Below are positions 19,428 through 29,398 of a stretch of 30,459 nt of DNA, one piece after another. Source of the stretch: Coprothermobacterota bacterium (GTDB lineage Bacteria > Coprothermobacterota > HKB111); assembly GCA_037440465.1 (NCBI GenBank), contig JBBIUB010000016.1, forward strand, positions 1-30,459, written 5' to 3'. Made by a program: the position numbers and the translations under genes. How positions within the stretch are numbered: position 1 is the stretch's first letter; every line of letters begins with the position of its first letter. The notes under the pieces were generated by a model that was not told the DNA's origin, did not search any database, and saw only the letters and a list, made by a program, of their open reading frames with translations.

Positions 19428-20997
19428 TTCATCTGAAGCCAGATATCTGGATAGCTTGTTAAGTGAAAAGGATGGATTTTCCACTGACCTTCTTATGGAA
19501 AGAGCTGGCTCTGCTGTTGCTCGTCTAATAGATAAAATTCTTAAAAATGATAAGGGTAAAAGGATAGTGGTGTGGTGCGGTCCAGGTAATAATGGTGGTG
19601 ATGGTCTGGTAGCAGCAAGATATCTACTGGATAACGGTTATAAAAACATAAAGGTTATTCTTTTAGGTTATACAAATAAAAGAACTCTTCTTGTTGTTGA
19701 GAATCTTAGGAGGCTTATTTCCAGGGGTTTTCAGGTTTTAGCTTTTGAAGAAGAAATACCTCAAAACATTGAAGATATTACTATTAAAGCCGATTTAGTT
19801 GTTGATGCTCTTTTGGGAGTTGGAATTAAGGGAGAAGTTAAAGACCCGTTTAGCAGTGTTATCTCCATTATTAATCAAGCGGAAGGTTCGATTCTGGCTG
19901 TAGATATCCCCAGTGGGATTGATGCTGATACAGGTAAAATACTTGGTAATGCCATTGAAGCAGATTTTACTATTGCCATGATGACTCTTAAAAGAGGACT
20001 TGTTTTTTACCCGGGTAGAAAGATGGCAGGACAAGTATTTCTTAATAAACTGGAAGTTGTTATACCTGATGAGAAATTTGACACTTATCTGTTGACAGAA
20101 GACCAATTAAATTTGTTTCTGCCTGTGAGATTGGAGACAGCTCACAAGGGAGATTTTGGACGGATGCTTATGATATCCGGTTCCTATTCTTATCAAGGAG
20201 CACCAGTTTTCGTAGCCCTGGGTTTCTTTAAGGTAGGAGGTGGTTATCTCTATGCACTTATTCCACAAATAGCAGCCAAAAACCTAGTTTCCTGGGTACC
20301 TGAAGTAGTTTTAACAGAAGAAACTACTCTACCCGATTATCTGATAATTGATGACTATGATATAGCAGATAAATATTTTCATCTTGCACAGGTAATAGCG
20401 GTAGGTCCAGGCATTGGGAGAAAAGAAGATACCTTAAAACTCATCCAAAAAGTGATAAAAAATAGTAATCTTCCTATTGTCATTGATGGTGATGGTCTCC
20501 TGGTATTAAAAGAAAACCTGAAAATATTAAAAGAGAGAATTTCTCCCGTTGTTATTACTCCTCATATAGGAGAGTTTGCCTGGCTTCTTGGAGATGATAT
20601 TCCCTCATTAAAGAAAAAAGATTATATAGACGAAGTAAGAAAATTCTCAGTAGAGTTTGGTACAGTTCTTGTTCTTAAAGGGAGCCCAACTTTGATTGGT
20701 ACCCCTTCAGGAACAGTATTTGTCTCCACAGTTGGTACAGTTGGCCTGGCTACACCTGGTTCAGGTGATGTCTTAACTGGAATGATAGCAGGGTTTATAG
20801 GCCAGGGAATTAGTGTTGAAAAGGCAGCACTTCTTTCAGTTTATATCCATGGTGTATCAAGTGAAAGATTAAGCAAAGAAACAGAACCAAGAAGTTTTCT
20901 AGCGAGAGATATTCCTTTTGAAATACCTACAATCATGAGCGATTTGAGAGTAGGGGAATTAACAATTATAAAAGATAGGTTCTTAAAGGAGGTTTAA
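19411..20997 (+). CDS. nnr: Bifunctional NAD(P)HX epimerase/dehydratase Nnr (YjeF)
   Basis: LMERAG, GPGNNGGDG, VDALLGVG, DIPSG, HKGDFG, TPHIGEF, GSGDVLTG; alternative TTG start at 19405. Confidence 0.95.
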   Translation: MFPVLNSSEARYLDSLLSEKDGFSTDLLMERAGSAVARLIDKILKNDKGKRIVVWCGPGNNGGDGLVAARYLLDNGYKNIKVILLGYTNKRTLLVVENLRRLISRGFQVLAFEEEIPQNIEDITIKADLVVDALLGVGIKGEVKDPFSSVISIINQAEGSILAVDIPSGIDADTGKILGNAIEADFTIAMMTLKRGLVFYPGRKMAGQVFLNKLEVVIPDEKFDTYLLTEDQLNLFLPVRLETAHKGDFGRMLMISGSYSYQGAPVFVALGFFKVGGGYLYALIPQIAAKNLVSWVPEVVLTEETTLPDYLIIDDYDIADKYFHLAQVIAVGPGIGRKEDTLKLIQKVIKNSNLPIVIDGDGLLVLKENLKILKERISPVVITPHIGEFAWLLGDDIPSLKKKDYIDEVRKFSVEFGTVLVLKGSPTLIGTPSGTVFVSTVGTVGLATPGSGDVLTGMIAGFIGQGISVEKAALLSVYIHGVSSERLSKETEPRSFLARDIPFEIPTIMSDLRVGELTIIKDRFLKEV

Positions 20998-20999
20998 TA

Positions 21000-21671
21000 G
21001 TGGTACCAGTTTTAGTTGTATCTGGAAGAAGTAATGAACAAATAGAAAACTACATTAAAGCAGTAAAGGGTACTATGTTGGGATGTTTATTTAAACCTTT
21101 CTTCCCGGGTGATAGATTAGATAAAGGATTTGAATTTCATGGATTATTATTAACAGGTGGTGGTGATATTGCTGAAGGCCCTTATTATGAAACAAGCTGT
21201 GGAGATCTTGAAGGGATTGTCGAAGAACGGGATACTCTGGAATTTGGTCTTCTTGAGCGGGCTCTATTGAAGAATATACCTATTCTCGGTATTTGCAGGG
21301 GAATGCAAATATTAAATGTTTTTCTGGGAGGAAAGTTGTACAGGGATTTAGGATGTAATGGTTATGAGAAACATAATGGAACTTTAGAAAATATAATACT
21401 CCACCAAGTTAAGATTCGTCCTTCAACGATTCTTAGAGATATTACCTGTCAGGAAGAGGTTATAGTAAATTCCTTCCATCATCAGGGTATTTCTGTGTTA
21501 AGCAAAGAACTAAGAGCTATTGCTTATTCTATAGATGGAGTACTGGAAGCATTTGAAAAGGAAAATCCCTTTATATTGGGATTGCAATGGCATCCTGAAA
21601 GAATGATAGAAAAAGAACCTTTTGCCAGAGCAACCTTCAAATTATTTATGAATGAGATATATGGTCAATAA
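21000..21671 (+). CDS. Gamma-glutamyl-gamma-aminobutyrate hydrolase family protein (peptidase C26, class I glutamine amidotransferase)
   Basis: GLLLTGGGD, GICRGMQILNV, VNSFHHQG, QWHPE; AAGGAGG RBS. Confidence 0.9.
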   Translation: MVPVLVVSGRSNEQIENYIKAVKGTMLGCLFKPFFPGDRLDKGFEFHGLLLTGGGDIAEGPYYETSCGDLEGIVEERDTLEFGLLERALLKNIPILGICRGMQILNVFLGGKLYRDLGCNGYEKHNGTLENIILHQVKIRPSTILRDITCQEEVIVNSFHHQGISVLSKELRAIAYSIDGVLEAFEKENPFILGLQWHPERMIEKEPFARATFKLFMNEIYGQ

Positions 21672-22431
21672 TTATTTGAATATTATCCTACTTGCTATAA
21701 TCCAGGGATTAACTGAGTATCTTCCCATAAGCAGCTCTGGTCACTTGTCTATTGTTTATCATCTCTTAAAACTAAACGAACCTCCCTTACTCCTTCAGTT
21801 ATATCTCCATCTCGGTACTGCTATGGCAGTTACTATTTTTCTTTTTAAAGAACTTAGACAGGTATCACTTATACCTTCGTATATTTTTTTAATAAAAATT
21901 CTCGCTATTGCATCTATTCCAGCTGCTGTAGTAGGAATTGCCTTAAGAGAAAAAATTGAATTAGCTTTCTCTTCACCAGGATTATTACCATTCTTCTTTT
22001 TAGTAAATTCCTTACTCCTTCTTAGTACTTTTTATTTTAAACAAGGTACCATACCTCTTGAAAATATTGGCTATTCCAGTGCATTTATTGTTGGAGTTCT
22101 TCAAGCTGTAGCAATTTTACCTGGCATTTCTCGTTCTGGAGCAACAATAACAAGTGGTTTAGCTCTCGGATTTAAGAGAAGTACCGCTTTGTTATTTTCT
22201 CTTCTCCTTTCTCTAATTGCAATCTCGGGGGGTATGATAGTTGAAGTTCTAAAAAAACCGTCAGAAGTATTTAGTTTTCAACTATTAACTGGTCTTATTG
22301 TCTCATTCTTAGTGGGGTATATAAGCCTGGGTGTACTTAAAAAAGTTATTTTATCAAACTATTTCTATGTTTTTGGTTTTTATACCCTTTCTATAGCATT
22401 CCTTCTATGGCTCTTGGGACCCTTTATCTGA
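21652..22431 (+). CDS. uppP: Undecaprenyl-diphosphate phosphatase UppP (BacA)
   Basis: QGLTEYLPISSSGHL, HLGT, PGISRSGATI; start may be ATG 21661. Confidence 0.95.
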   Translation: MRYMVNNYLNIILLAIIQGLTEYLPISSSGHLSIVYHLLKLNEPPLLLQLYLHLGTAMAVTIFLFKELRQVSLIPSYIFLIKILAIASIPAAVVGIALREKIELAFSSPGLLPFFFLVNSLLLLSTFYFKQGTIPLENIGYSSAFIVGVLQAVAILPGISRSGATITSGLALGFKRSTALLFSLLLSLIAISGGMIVEVLKKPSEVFSFQLLTGLIVSFLVGYISLGVLKKVILSNYFYVFGFYTLSIAFLLWLLGPFI

Positions 22432-23249
22432 TTTCTACACCAATTGGTAATTTAGAGGATATAACCCTGAGGGCTCTTAATGTTCTTGGCGAAGTTAATA
22501 TTGTTCTTGCTGAGGATACAAGAACTACTAAAAAACTGCTTACTCATTTTGGGCTCAAGAAAAAAGTATTAAGTTATTTTGAAAAGAATAAGGACTCTCG
22601 ATTAAAAGATATAACATTTCTACTTGAAGACGGAAAGTCTATAGCTTTTTTAAGTGAGGCAGGTACCCCTGGAATTGCTGATCCAGGAGAAACACTTGTG
22701 AAAATGGCTATTGAACGCAAATTCCCTATAGTTTTTATTCCTGGAGCCTCAGCTGTATTAGCTGCTCTGGTTCCATCTGGTCTGGACACAGAGCAGTATC
22801 TTTTTCTAAATTTTCCACCCAGAAAGAAAGGGCAAAGAAAGGAACTTCTAGAAAGCATAAAAAGTCTTCCATATTCAATCATATTCTTTGAATCTAAAAG
22901 AAGAATTCTCTCGCTAATTGAAGATGCTATTGAAGTAATGGGTGAGAATCGCCCAGCAGTAATAGCCAGGGAATTAACTAAAATATTTGAAGAGTTTATA
23001 AGAGGAACTCTGCAAGAAGTATACACTGAATTAAAGAATAAACCTGAAATCCTTGGAGAAGTGGTTCTGGTTATTGGAAGCTTTAAAGAAAAAAAAGCAG
23101 ATAAATTAGATAATGTAGAGGTAGCACCACTTATTAAAGAATTTCTTAAAGATTCATCACTTAAAGAAGCCTGTAAAAAGGTTGGTAAAATTCTTGGGTT
23201 AAGAACTAATGAGGTTTATAAAAGATTTTTAAATGAAACAAAGAATTAA
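22407..23249 (+). CDS. rsmI: 16S rRNA Cm1402 2'-O-methyltransferase RsmI
   Basis: TPIGNLEDITLRA, AEDTR, AGTPGIADPG, ARELTKIFEE. Confidence 0.95.
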   Translation: MALGTLYLISTPIGNLEDITLRALNVLGEVNIVLAEDTRTTKKLLTHFGLKKKVLSYFEKNKDSRLKDITFLLEDGKSIAFLSEAGTPGIADPGETLVKMAIERKFPIVFIPGASAVLAALVPSGLDTEQYLFLNFPPRKKGQRKELLESIKSLPYSIIFFESKRRILSLIEDAIEVMGENRPAVIARELTKIFEEFIRGTLQEVYTELKNKPEILGEVVLVIGSFKEKKADKLDNVEVAPLIKEFLKDSSLKEACKKVGKILGLRTNEVYKRFLNETKN

Positions 23250-23466
23250 TATTAACTCTGAATTTGAAGAAATATTATTTCCTGAAGAAGATGAAATTTT
23301 CAATAGAGATGCCAGGGCAGTTTTGCTTGAGAATGAAATATCTTTTAACCTTCCTGTTCTAGAGTATAATAGAGTTAATCCTGTTTTCAGTCCAAAAGTA
23401 TTTATAGACGCGTTTATACGTGTGGAACTAAAGAGAATTAGCCATTCACTAAAAGGAGCTAACTGA
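23233..23466 (+). CDS. Hypothetical protein, 77 aa
   Basis: Fills the rsmI-sbcD gap in operon orientation, overlaps the rsmI end and contains the sbcD RBS; no family recognised. Confidence 0.5.
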   Translation: MKQRININSEFEEILFPEEDEIFNRDARAVLLENEISFNLPVLEYNRVNPVFSPKVFIDAFIRVELKRISHSLKGAN

Positions 23467-23469
23467 CTT

Positions 23470-24627
23470 ATGGTAAGGTTTGTTCATTTAGCCGACCTTC
23501 ATCTCGGTAAGGAGTGGCATGGAGTAGATAGAACACCCGATATTCTTAAGGCTTTTGACCAGGTTGTTGATTATATCTACCAGAAAGAAGCACCATTACT
23601 CTTAATAGCTGGAGACATTTTTGATAAAAAACTTCCATCTGGAAATGCTCTGGAAGCCTTTTTTCCCAGAATAAAAAAGTTACTTCAAAAGGGTGTTTAT
23701 GTAGTAATGGTTACAGGAAACCACGATTGGAATAAACTTCATGAAGCTTTTTCTACACTGGCGTTGTTCACGCCTAACTTGAGAATATTCGCTAAGACAG
23801 ACATAAGTAATCCAGTTCTTTTATTAGAAGAGATAGGATGCCAAATTATACCCTTCCCTTATCCTGAAAGAGGAAGGCTGGAAGGGGAGGTTTTTTTAAA
23901 AGAAGGGGATACCCCTGGTATGTATGTAAAGATTTCTGCTCGGTTTAGCAGTTATCTTCAGGGTTTAAGAGATAAAATTAACCCTCGTATTCCATCAATT
24001 TTTCTGGCTCATGTTGGACTTGAGGGTGCCAGGCTTGGTAGTGAAAAGATGCTTTCTCTGGAGGATGAACCAGTTATTGGAGAAAAAGACCTTCCTTCTT
24101 GGACTACCTATAATGCATTAGGTCATTTACACAGAGCTCAGGAGGTAAGAAGTCAAACACCATCTTTTTACTCAGGTAGCTTAGAACGGTTAGATTTTGG
24201 TGAATCTGAAGAAGAAAAAGGGTTTTATTATGTAGAGGCAAGCAACGCAGGAACTAAGTGTGAGTTTATTAAAATAGATGCTCATATAATGTACGACATT
24301 ACAGTCAATTTTGATGAACTTCATAGATTAAAAGATAGGTATCCGGATATATCCAATGCTTATCTTAAATTGAGAGTCAAAATAAGCCAAAACGATTCTC
24401 TTATTGAAATAAGGTCTAAAATCTCAGAATTTTATCCTAATGCTTTAGTAATCGAGACTATAAAAGATTGGGAAAGCAGTTCCCAAAGCAAAATTCTTCC
24501 GACATATTCTGACCCTGTAACTGCTTTTGAAGATTATACATCAGAGCAACTATTGGAAGATAAATTTAAGGCTGACCTTATGTATGCTCTTAAGGGAATA
24601 ATTCACGAGATTGAGGAAGAAGAATGA
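23470..24627 (+). CDS. sbcD: SbcD/Mre11 family nuclease subunit
   Basis: HLADLHLG, AGDIFD, GNHD, AH, ALGHLH, YSGS..DFGE..EKG. Confidence 0.93.
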   Translation: MVRFVHLADLHLGKEWHGVDRTPDILKAFDQVVDYIYQKEAPLLLIAGDIFDKKLPSGNALEAFFPRIKKLLQKGVYVVMVTGNHDWNKLHEAFSTLALFTPNLRIFAKTDISNPVLLLEEIGCQIIPFPYPERGRLEGEVFLKEGDTPGMYVKISARFSSYLQGLRDKINPRIPSIFLAHVGLEGARLGSEKMLSLEDEPVIGEKDLPSWTTYNALGHLHRAQEVRSQTPSFYSGSLERLDFGESEEEKGFYYVEASNAGTKCEFIKIDAHIMYDITVNFDELHRLKDRYPDISNAYLKLRVKISQNDSLIEIRSKISEFYPNALVIETIKDWESSSQSKILPTYSDPVTAFEDYTSEQLLEDKFKADLMYALKGIIHEIEEEE

Positions 24628-26900
24628 TACCACTACGTTTGGAGATAGAAGGTTTCTTGGCTTATAGAAGTAAAGTAATTCTGGATTTTTCCGATTTCCA
24701 ATGTGCTGTTATTATTGGAGAGAATGGAGCAGGAAAGTCAACCATACTTGATGCTATCCTATTTGCTCTATATGGTAAAGCTAGGGATGCTGAAAGACTT
24801 GATGACCTCATTAATAATCTTTCTTCCCGGGCAACCATCAATTTTTTCTTCTCAATAGGTGGAGAAAACTACTATGTATATAGAGAAAAGGAGAGGGGAA
24901 AAGAATCTCGCGTACTATTTTTCAGGGTTGACCCTCTTACTGGCAATCGTCTTCCTTTTGGTTATAGGGGGGTTAGAGCTATTGATGAAATCATAAGGAA
25001 AACAGTAGGGTTAACCTATGATGCATTTACTTCTTCTGCTCTTCTTGTTCAGGGCAAAAGCGATAATTTTCTAACAGCAAGGTCCGGAGATAGAAAAGAT
25101 GTATTAACTGAAATACTTGGTCTTAAAATTTTCGAAAAGATATTTAAAAAGTCTTCTACCCAACTTAGAGAAATTAATCTAAAGATGAGCGAGTTAAAGA
25201 ACAAGATTTCTTCATTTTTAGATGTAAATGATGAACAGTGTATAGAGACAAAACAAAAAATTGAAACTATTAAAAATGAGTTAATATATGAAAAAGAAAC
25301 CTTAGAAACTATAAATCAAGCTATAAAATTATTAAGCGATAGAGAGAGGGCTTTAAGAGAAAGAAACGACCTTGAATCAAAAATTAAAAATCATGATAAT
25401 CTCCTTTCAGAAAAGGAGATTATTGAGAGAAGTTACAACCTCTATGATGATAGTCGTAAAATACTTCCATATCTAACCAGGAAAAAAGAACTCAAAGAAG
25501 AAATTAGAAAATTTATCAATTTAGCCAGAGAATACCCTCTTAAGCTTGAAAACACAGAAGGCATCCTTAAATCAACTTTTAGAGAATTAGATGAAAATAA
25601 TAAATGTAATATTGAATTTAAGAATTTAATTGAAAAATTGGATTTAGATGTTAGAGAACAAGAGTCTAAAGTAAAAGCCTTTAAAATAAAGAAAGATGAC
25701 CTTATTAAGCTTGAGGTCGCAGATATCTGCCCTCTATGTGGTTATAAGTTTACTCAGGATAGGAAATTTCATTTTAACGAAGAGAAGAAAATCCTGGAAG
25801 AGAAAATAAAAGAATCAGTTGAAAACTTGCGTATTTCTGAAAGGGAATTAAATATAAAAAGGTTAGAACAAAGGCATCTTGAGGACATACTCCTTGGTTT
25901 AAACAACAAAAAGATAGAGTTAGATATGGAAATTCGAGGATTAAAAAGAGACATAACAAAAATAGCTGAAGACCTTGAAACCAGAAAAAGAGCTCTTACT
26001 TTAGTTGAAGAAGATATTGAAAGGGAAAAAATAAGAGGAAACTCTATGGTTGGTTCTCCTATTAGAGATGTAATAAATATTTTACAAGACTCGAGTATAG
26101 TAGAAACCTATAAAAAACTTAACTTAGCCTTAACCCAAAAAGAAGTACTTCAAGGACAAATAAAAGTTAAAGAAGACGAGTTAGCCAGAATTGAAAAGGA
26201 GTTCTCAACTCTTGTAAATTTCTCGGATAATTTACCTGAGCTTATAAAGGTTAAAAAGGATAAAGACAGACTTATCTCTGAGATGAGTGAAAAGCTTGCG
26301 GGATTAAATAAACAGCTTGGAGTATTTGAAGAAAAGCTCAGGCAGAAAAAGTCATTAATCATTGAAATTGAAAATCTAACAAAGGAAGAAAAAATTTATT
26401 CTTTTCTAAGTGATGCTTTCTCTGGAAAAAATCTTCAGACCATTGTTGTGAAAAAAGCACTTCTTGAGATTGGCAGACATTCAGATGAGTTGTTAAAACA
26501 TCTTTCTGGAGGTAGATTATCCCTTGTCCTGGATTCAGCAAATACTCTCGACAACCTGGAGATATTAATAAAAGATCTTTCCACTCAGGAAAATAGAAAA
26601 TTTGAGCTTTTAAGCGGTGGAGAAAAGTTTAGAGTATCTTTAAGTATTGCTCTTGGAATAGGAAGATATGTCTCCAGCCAGACCCTAAAAACCATTGAAA
26701 GCATTTTTATTGATGAAGGTTTTGGAGCTCTTGACCGTATGGGGAGGGAGACTTTGATAGAGGTTATTAGAGCTCTCCTTAGTGAAATTAAAATGATTAT
26801 TATTGTGACACACCTTGATGATATCGCCGATGCTTTCCCCGTGCAAATAAAAGTTCAGAAAAAATACAAAGGCGAATCATCAATAGAAATTGCTGTTTAA
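24624..26900 (+). CDS. sbcC: SbcC/Rad50 family SMC ATPase
   Basis: Walker A GENGAGKS, Q-loop VQG, central CPLCG zinc hook, LSGGE, IFIDEGFG.LD, VTH. Confidence 0.93.
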   Translation: MIPLRLEIEGFLAYRSKVILDFSDFQCAVIIGENGAGKSTILDAILFALYGKARDAERLDDLINNLSSRATINFFFSIGGENYYVYREKERGKESRVLFFRVDPLTGNRLPFGYRGVRAIDEIIRKTVGLTYDAFTSSALLVQGKSDNFLTARSGDRKDVLTEILGLKIFEKIFKKSSTQLREINLKMSELKNKISSFLDVNDEQCIETKQKIETIKNELIYEKETLETINQAIKLLSDRERALRERNDLESKIKNHDNLLSEKEIIERSYNLYDDSRKILPYLTRKKELKEEIRKFINLAREYPLKLENTEGILKSTFRELDENNKCNIEFKNLIEKLDLDVREQESKVKAFKIKKDDLIKLEVADICPLCGYKFTQDRKFHFNEEKKILEEKIKESVENLRISERELNIKRLEQRHLEDILLGLNNKKIELDMEIRGLKRDITKIAEDLETRKRALTLVEEDIEREKIRGNSMVGSPIRDVINILQDSSIVETYKKLNLALTQKEVLQGQIKVKEDELARIEKEFSTLVNFSDNLPELIKVKKDKDRLISEMSEKLAGLNKQLGVFEEKLRQKKSLIIEIENLTKEEKIYSFLSDAFSGKNLQTIVVKKALLEIGRHSDELLKHLSGGRLSLVLDSANTLDNLEILIKDLSTQENRKFELLSGGEKFRVSLSIALGIGRYVSSQTLKTIESIFIDEGFGALDRMGRETLIEVIRALLSEIKMIIIVTHLDDIADAFPVQIKVQKKYKGESSIEIAV

Positions 26901-26958
26901 TAGATTGAGCTTGTGGGTATTAATCAATATGAAAATTAAAAAAAGGAGGTCTAAGGCA

Positions 26959-27432
26959 ATGGTATTAAGAAAATATTTCGACCCCTTTGAAGAGCTAAAG
27001 GAACTGACTTCAGAAATGGATCACATCCTGGAGTCAGTTTTCGGACCTGCTTTTCATAGAAGGAGAGCCCTACCTGAGATTAGGCATGAAGAAAGACTGG
27101 TCAGGTTTGCCCCTGCGGTAGAATTGACCGAGGAAAATGGTGATTACATAGCTAAAGTAGAAATTCCCGGCGTTTCGCCTGAAGATATTGAAGTCATCAT
27201 TACCCCGGAACAATTGACCGTTAAGGGTGAGGTTAAAGGTAAAAAGGAAGAAGAGAGGAAAGGGTATCACTACTCCGAGTTCACATACGGGAGTTTCAGA
27301 AGAACTCTACCTTTCCCTAATAAAGTAGATGATTCACAGGCAAAAGCTTCCTTCAAAAATGGAATTCTTGAAGTGAAAGTCCCTAGAGCTAAAGAAGCAG
27401 TATTAGAAGGGCGCAAGTTAGCCATAGAGTAA
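26959..27432 (+). CDS. Hsp20/alpha-crystallin small heat shock protein
   Basis: FDPF, PAVELTE, EIPGV, YGSFRR, ASFKNGILEVKVP, C-terminal LAIE; AGGAGGT RBS supports ATG 26959. Confidence 0.95.
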   Translation: MVLRKYFDPFEELKELTSEMDHILESVFGPAFHRRRALPEIRHEERLVRFAPAVELTEENGDYIAKVEIPGVSPEDIEVIITPEQLTVKGEVKGKKEEERKGYHYSEFTYGSFRRTLPFPNKVDDSQAKASFKNGILEVKVPRAKEAVLEGRKLAIE

Positions 27433-27438
27433 AGAGCG

Positions 27439-27470
27439 AAACAGCCTTCCTTCAGGGAGGCTGTTTTTTT
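27439..27470 (+). terminator. Intrinsic terminator after hsp20
   Basis: AAACAGCCTTCC-TTCA-GGGAGGCTGTTT hairpin running into a T tract. Confidence 0.85.
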
Positions 27471-27490
27471 ATTTTAAGGAGGTGGACAAG

Positions 27491-28672
27491 ATGTTGGCAA
27501 ATAAGTTAATGAGATGGTCCTGGGTAGAGATAGATATAGATAAAATAAAGTCGAATTTTTTAAAAGTTAAGTCTCTTCTCAAACCTGAAACTAAAATAAT
27601 TGCTGTTGTTAAGGCTAATGCTTATGGTCATGGTGCTCCAGTGATTGCCAATGCTATGGAAAAATTAGGAGCTAATATGTTTGCAGTAGTCACACTTGGT
27701 GAAGCCTTGGACCTTAAACTATGTGCTATTAAAACACCTATTTTAGTAATGGGTCATATACCTCTTGAAGGTGCAGAACTGGCTGTAGAAAATGAATTCA
27801 GAGTAGCACTCTTCCAAAAAAGTCTTTTGAAAGCACTCATATTGAGCTCTAAAAAACTTAAAAAGAAAGCTTATGTTCATATTAAAGTAGATACCGGCCT
27901 TACAAGATGGGGCCTTTTTCCTTCAGATGTTCTACCGTTCATGAAAGAGGTAGCTGAATATCCTGAAATAGAAGTAGAGGGAATATATTCCCATTTTGCT
28001 ACTGCTGATGAAGCTCAGAAAGACTATACATATAAACAATATGAAGTTTTTATGAATCTGGTAGGTCAACTTACAAGCTCTGGCTTTAATATACCCTTAA
28101 AACATATAGCTAATGCTGGTGCAACTGTTGATACTCCTGAGACACATTTAGATGCTATTAGACCTGGAATTATTCTCTATGGATATGAACCCTCTAAAGA
28201 AATCTGGAATCCACTGGGGGTAGAACCTGCCCTTCAACTTAAAGCGAAGGTGGGTAGAGCAGCCTGGATAGAATCTCAAACACCAGTAAGCTATAGTCGT
28301 ACCTGGAGTGCTAAAGAAAAATCATTAATTGCTACTCTTCCTATAGGATATGCAGATGGATACAGAAGAGAGCTATCAAACAAAAGCGAAGTACTTTTGA
28401 ACGGTCAGAGAACAAGGGTAGTAGGAAGAGTAAACATGGATGCCATTATGGTAGATGCCACACCGGCGGGAGATGTGAAAGAAGGTGATGAAGCAGTCCT
28501 CATCGGAAAACAGGGGAATGAAGCCATCTGGGCTGATGAAATTGGAAGCCTTGTGGGTACTAATAGTAACGAAGTGTTAGCAGGGTTGAGCCTACGTTTA
28601 CCAAGAATTTATTTTGAAGACGGGAAGATACTCAAAATAATATCTCCTTCAGGAAGTTACTATAATCCTTAG
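27491..28672 (+). CDS. alr: Alanine racemase
   Basis: AVVKANAYGHG (PLP lysine), HIKVDTG, SHFA.AD, RPGI, VSY, IGYADG, GRVNMD; AAGGAGGT RBS supports ATG 27491. Confidence 0.93.
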   Translation: MLANKLMRWSWVEIDIDKIKSNFLKVKSLLKPETKIIAVVKANAYGHGAPVIANAMEKLGANMFAVVTLGEALDLKLCAIKTPILVMGHIPLEGAELAVENEFRVALFQKSLLKALILSSKKLKKKAYVHIKVDTGLTRWGLFPSDVLPFMKEVAEYPEIEVEGIYSHFATADEAQKDYTYKQYEVFMNLVGQLTSSGFNIPLKHIANAGATVDTPETHLDAIRPGIILYGYEPSKEIWNPLGVEPALQLKAKVGRAAWIESQTPVSYSRTWSAKEKSLIATLPIGYADGYRRELSNKSEVLLNGQRTRVVGRVNMDAIMVDATPAGDVKEGDEAVLIGKQGNEAIWADEIGSLVGTNSNEVLAGLSLRLPRIYFEDGKILKIISPSGSYYNP

Positions 28673-28701
28673 TAATTCTTGGCATTAAGATATCTTTGCA
28701 C

Positions 28702-29255
28702 TGATTATAACTAATGCAATATGTTAATATTTTTTCATTTTCAAATGTTAAGAAACACCTCTGTCTGTATTGCCCTTTTCTCCTTCAGGGTTACCCCAAC
28801 GTGCTTTTGTCTGTACCAGGCCCCTAAGGACTTCCTCCAGGGATGGTCAGCAGGAGTCTCCTTCTTTTGGCGATCTGGTTATTCTCCGATAGAATAGATT
28901 CGGTAATAACCCTCTCTTTGTACAGCACAAAGATCCGATTATCGTCCAATAGTCAGACCTCCACTCTGGTCTTAGCAAAAGATAGTCTCAGGGTAGAAGG
29001 TGGTATTTGAATTATCTGCCATCTCTTTGATGAGACGATCCTGAAAAAGCCTGAAGGTTACCTCTATCAGGTTCAGTTATCATTTTATTGGGAGGTGTTG
29101 GAGTCTTGCAACACTTTATACCTCTGGATATCTTTCATTGTAACCAGAATCCTCTGCTCTTTCATCTCTGAAAGTCACCCTTCTTGACTTAGAAGCTATC
29201 AGAAATATTAACATTTCCAAATAGTAATAATCCTTAACATTTGAAAATAGTAACA
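28702..29255 (-). mobile_element. Internally deleted IS1202/ISNCY-type insertion sequence (~550 bp, non-autonomous)
   Basis: Inverted ends: ATTTTCAAATGTTAAG (28737-28752) vs CTTAACATTTGAAAAT (29233-29248), plus a second subterminal repeat (24/30 match); flanking direct repeat AAGATATCTTTGC at 28687 and 29259; transposase fragments inside; left boundary approximate. Confidence 0.8.
28741..29165 (-). pseudogene. ISNCY/IS1202-type transposase relic
   Basis: Fragments in order: MKEQRILVTMKDIQRYKVLQD; IEVTFRLFQDRLIKEM; QIIQIPPSTLRLSFAKTRVEV*LLDDNRIFVLYK; PADHPWRK..FLNI*. Confidence 0.8.
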
Positions 29256-29273
29256 TCAAAGATATCTTTGCTC

Positions 29274-29302
29274 TTGACGAAATTAAGATAAGCAGGTAAA
29301 AT
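29274..29302 (+). promoter_or_regulatory. Sigma70-type promoter of the tRNA cluster
   Basis: TTGACG, 17 bp spacer, TAAAAT, ending 12 nt before tRNA-His. Confidence 0.8.
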
Positions 29303-29314
29303 TATTTGTTAAAT

Positions 29315-29391
29315 GGTGGACGTAGCTCAACGGTTAGAGCACTGGACTGTGGATCCAGGGGTTGGGGGTTCAAATCCCCTCGTTCACCCCA
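29315..29391 (+). tRNA. tRNA-His(GTG)
   Basis: Encoded G-1 pairing with C73; CTGGA-CT-GTG-GA-TCCAG; TTCAAAT; CCA. Confidence 0.97.
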
Positions 29392-29398
29392 AATATAA

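Noticed and set aside
23470..26900. SMC plus nuclease pair as a defence system (Wadjet/Lamassu-like)
   Set aside because: Zinc hook, Mre11 motifs and housekeeping context fit ordinary SbcCD
26903..26928. Possible heat-shock operator before hsp20 (ATTGA-N15-TCAAT)
   Set aside because: Does not match CIRCE and only half-matches HAIR; too short in AT-rich DNA
7807..27270. Minus-strand ORFs within dcw and housekeeping genes (e.g. 7807, 9058, 15824, 16073, 16568, 19795, 22574, 26150, 27070)
   Set aside because: Antisense shadows of well-supported genes
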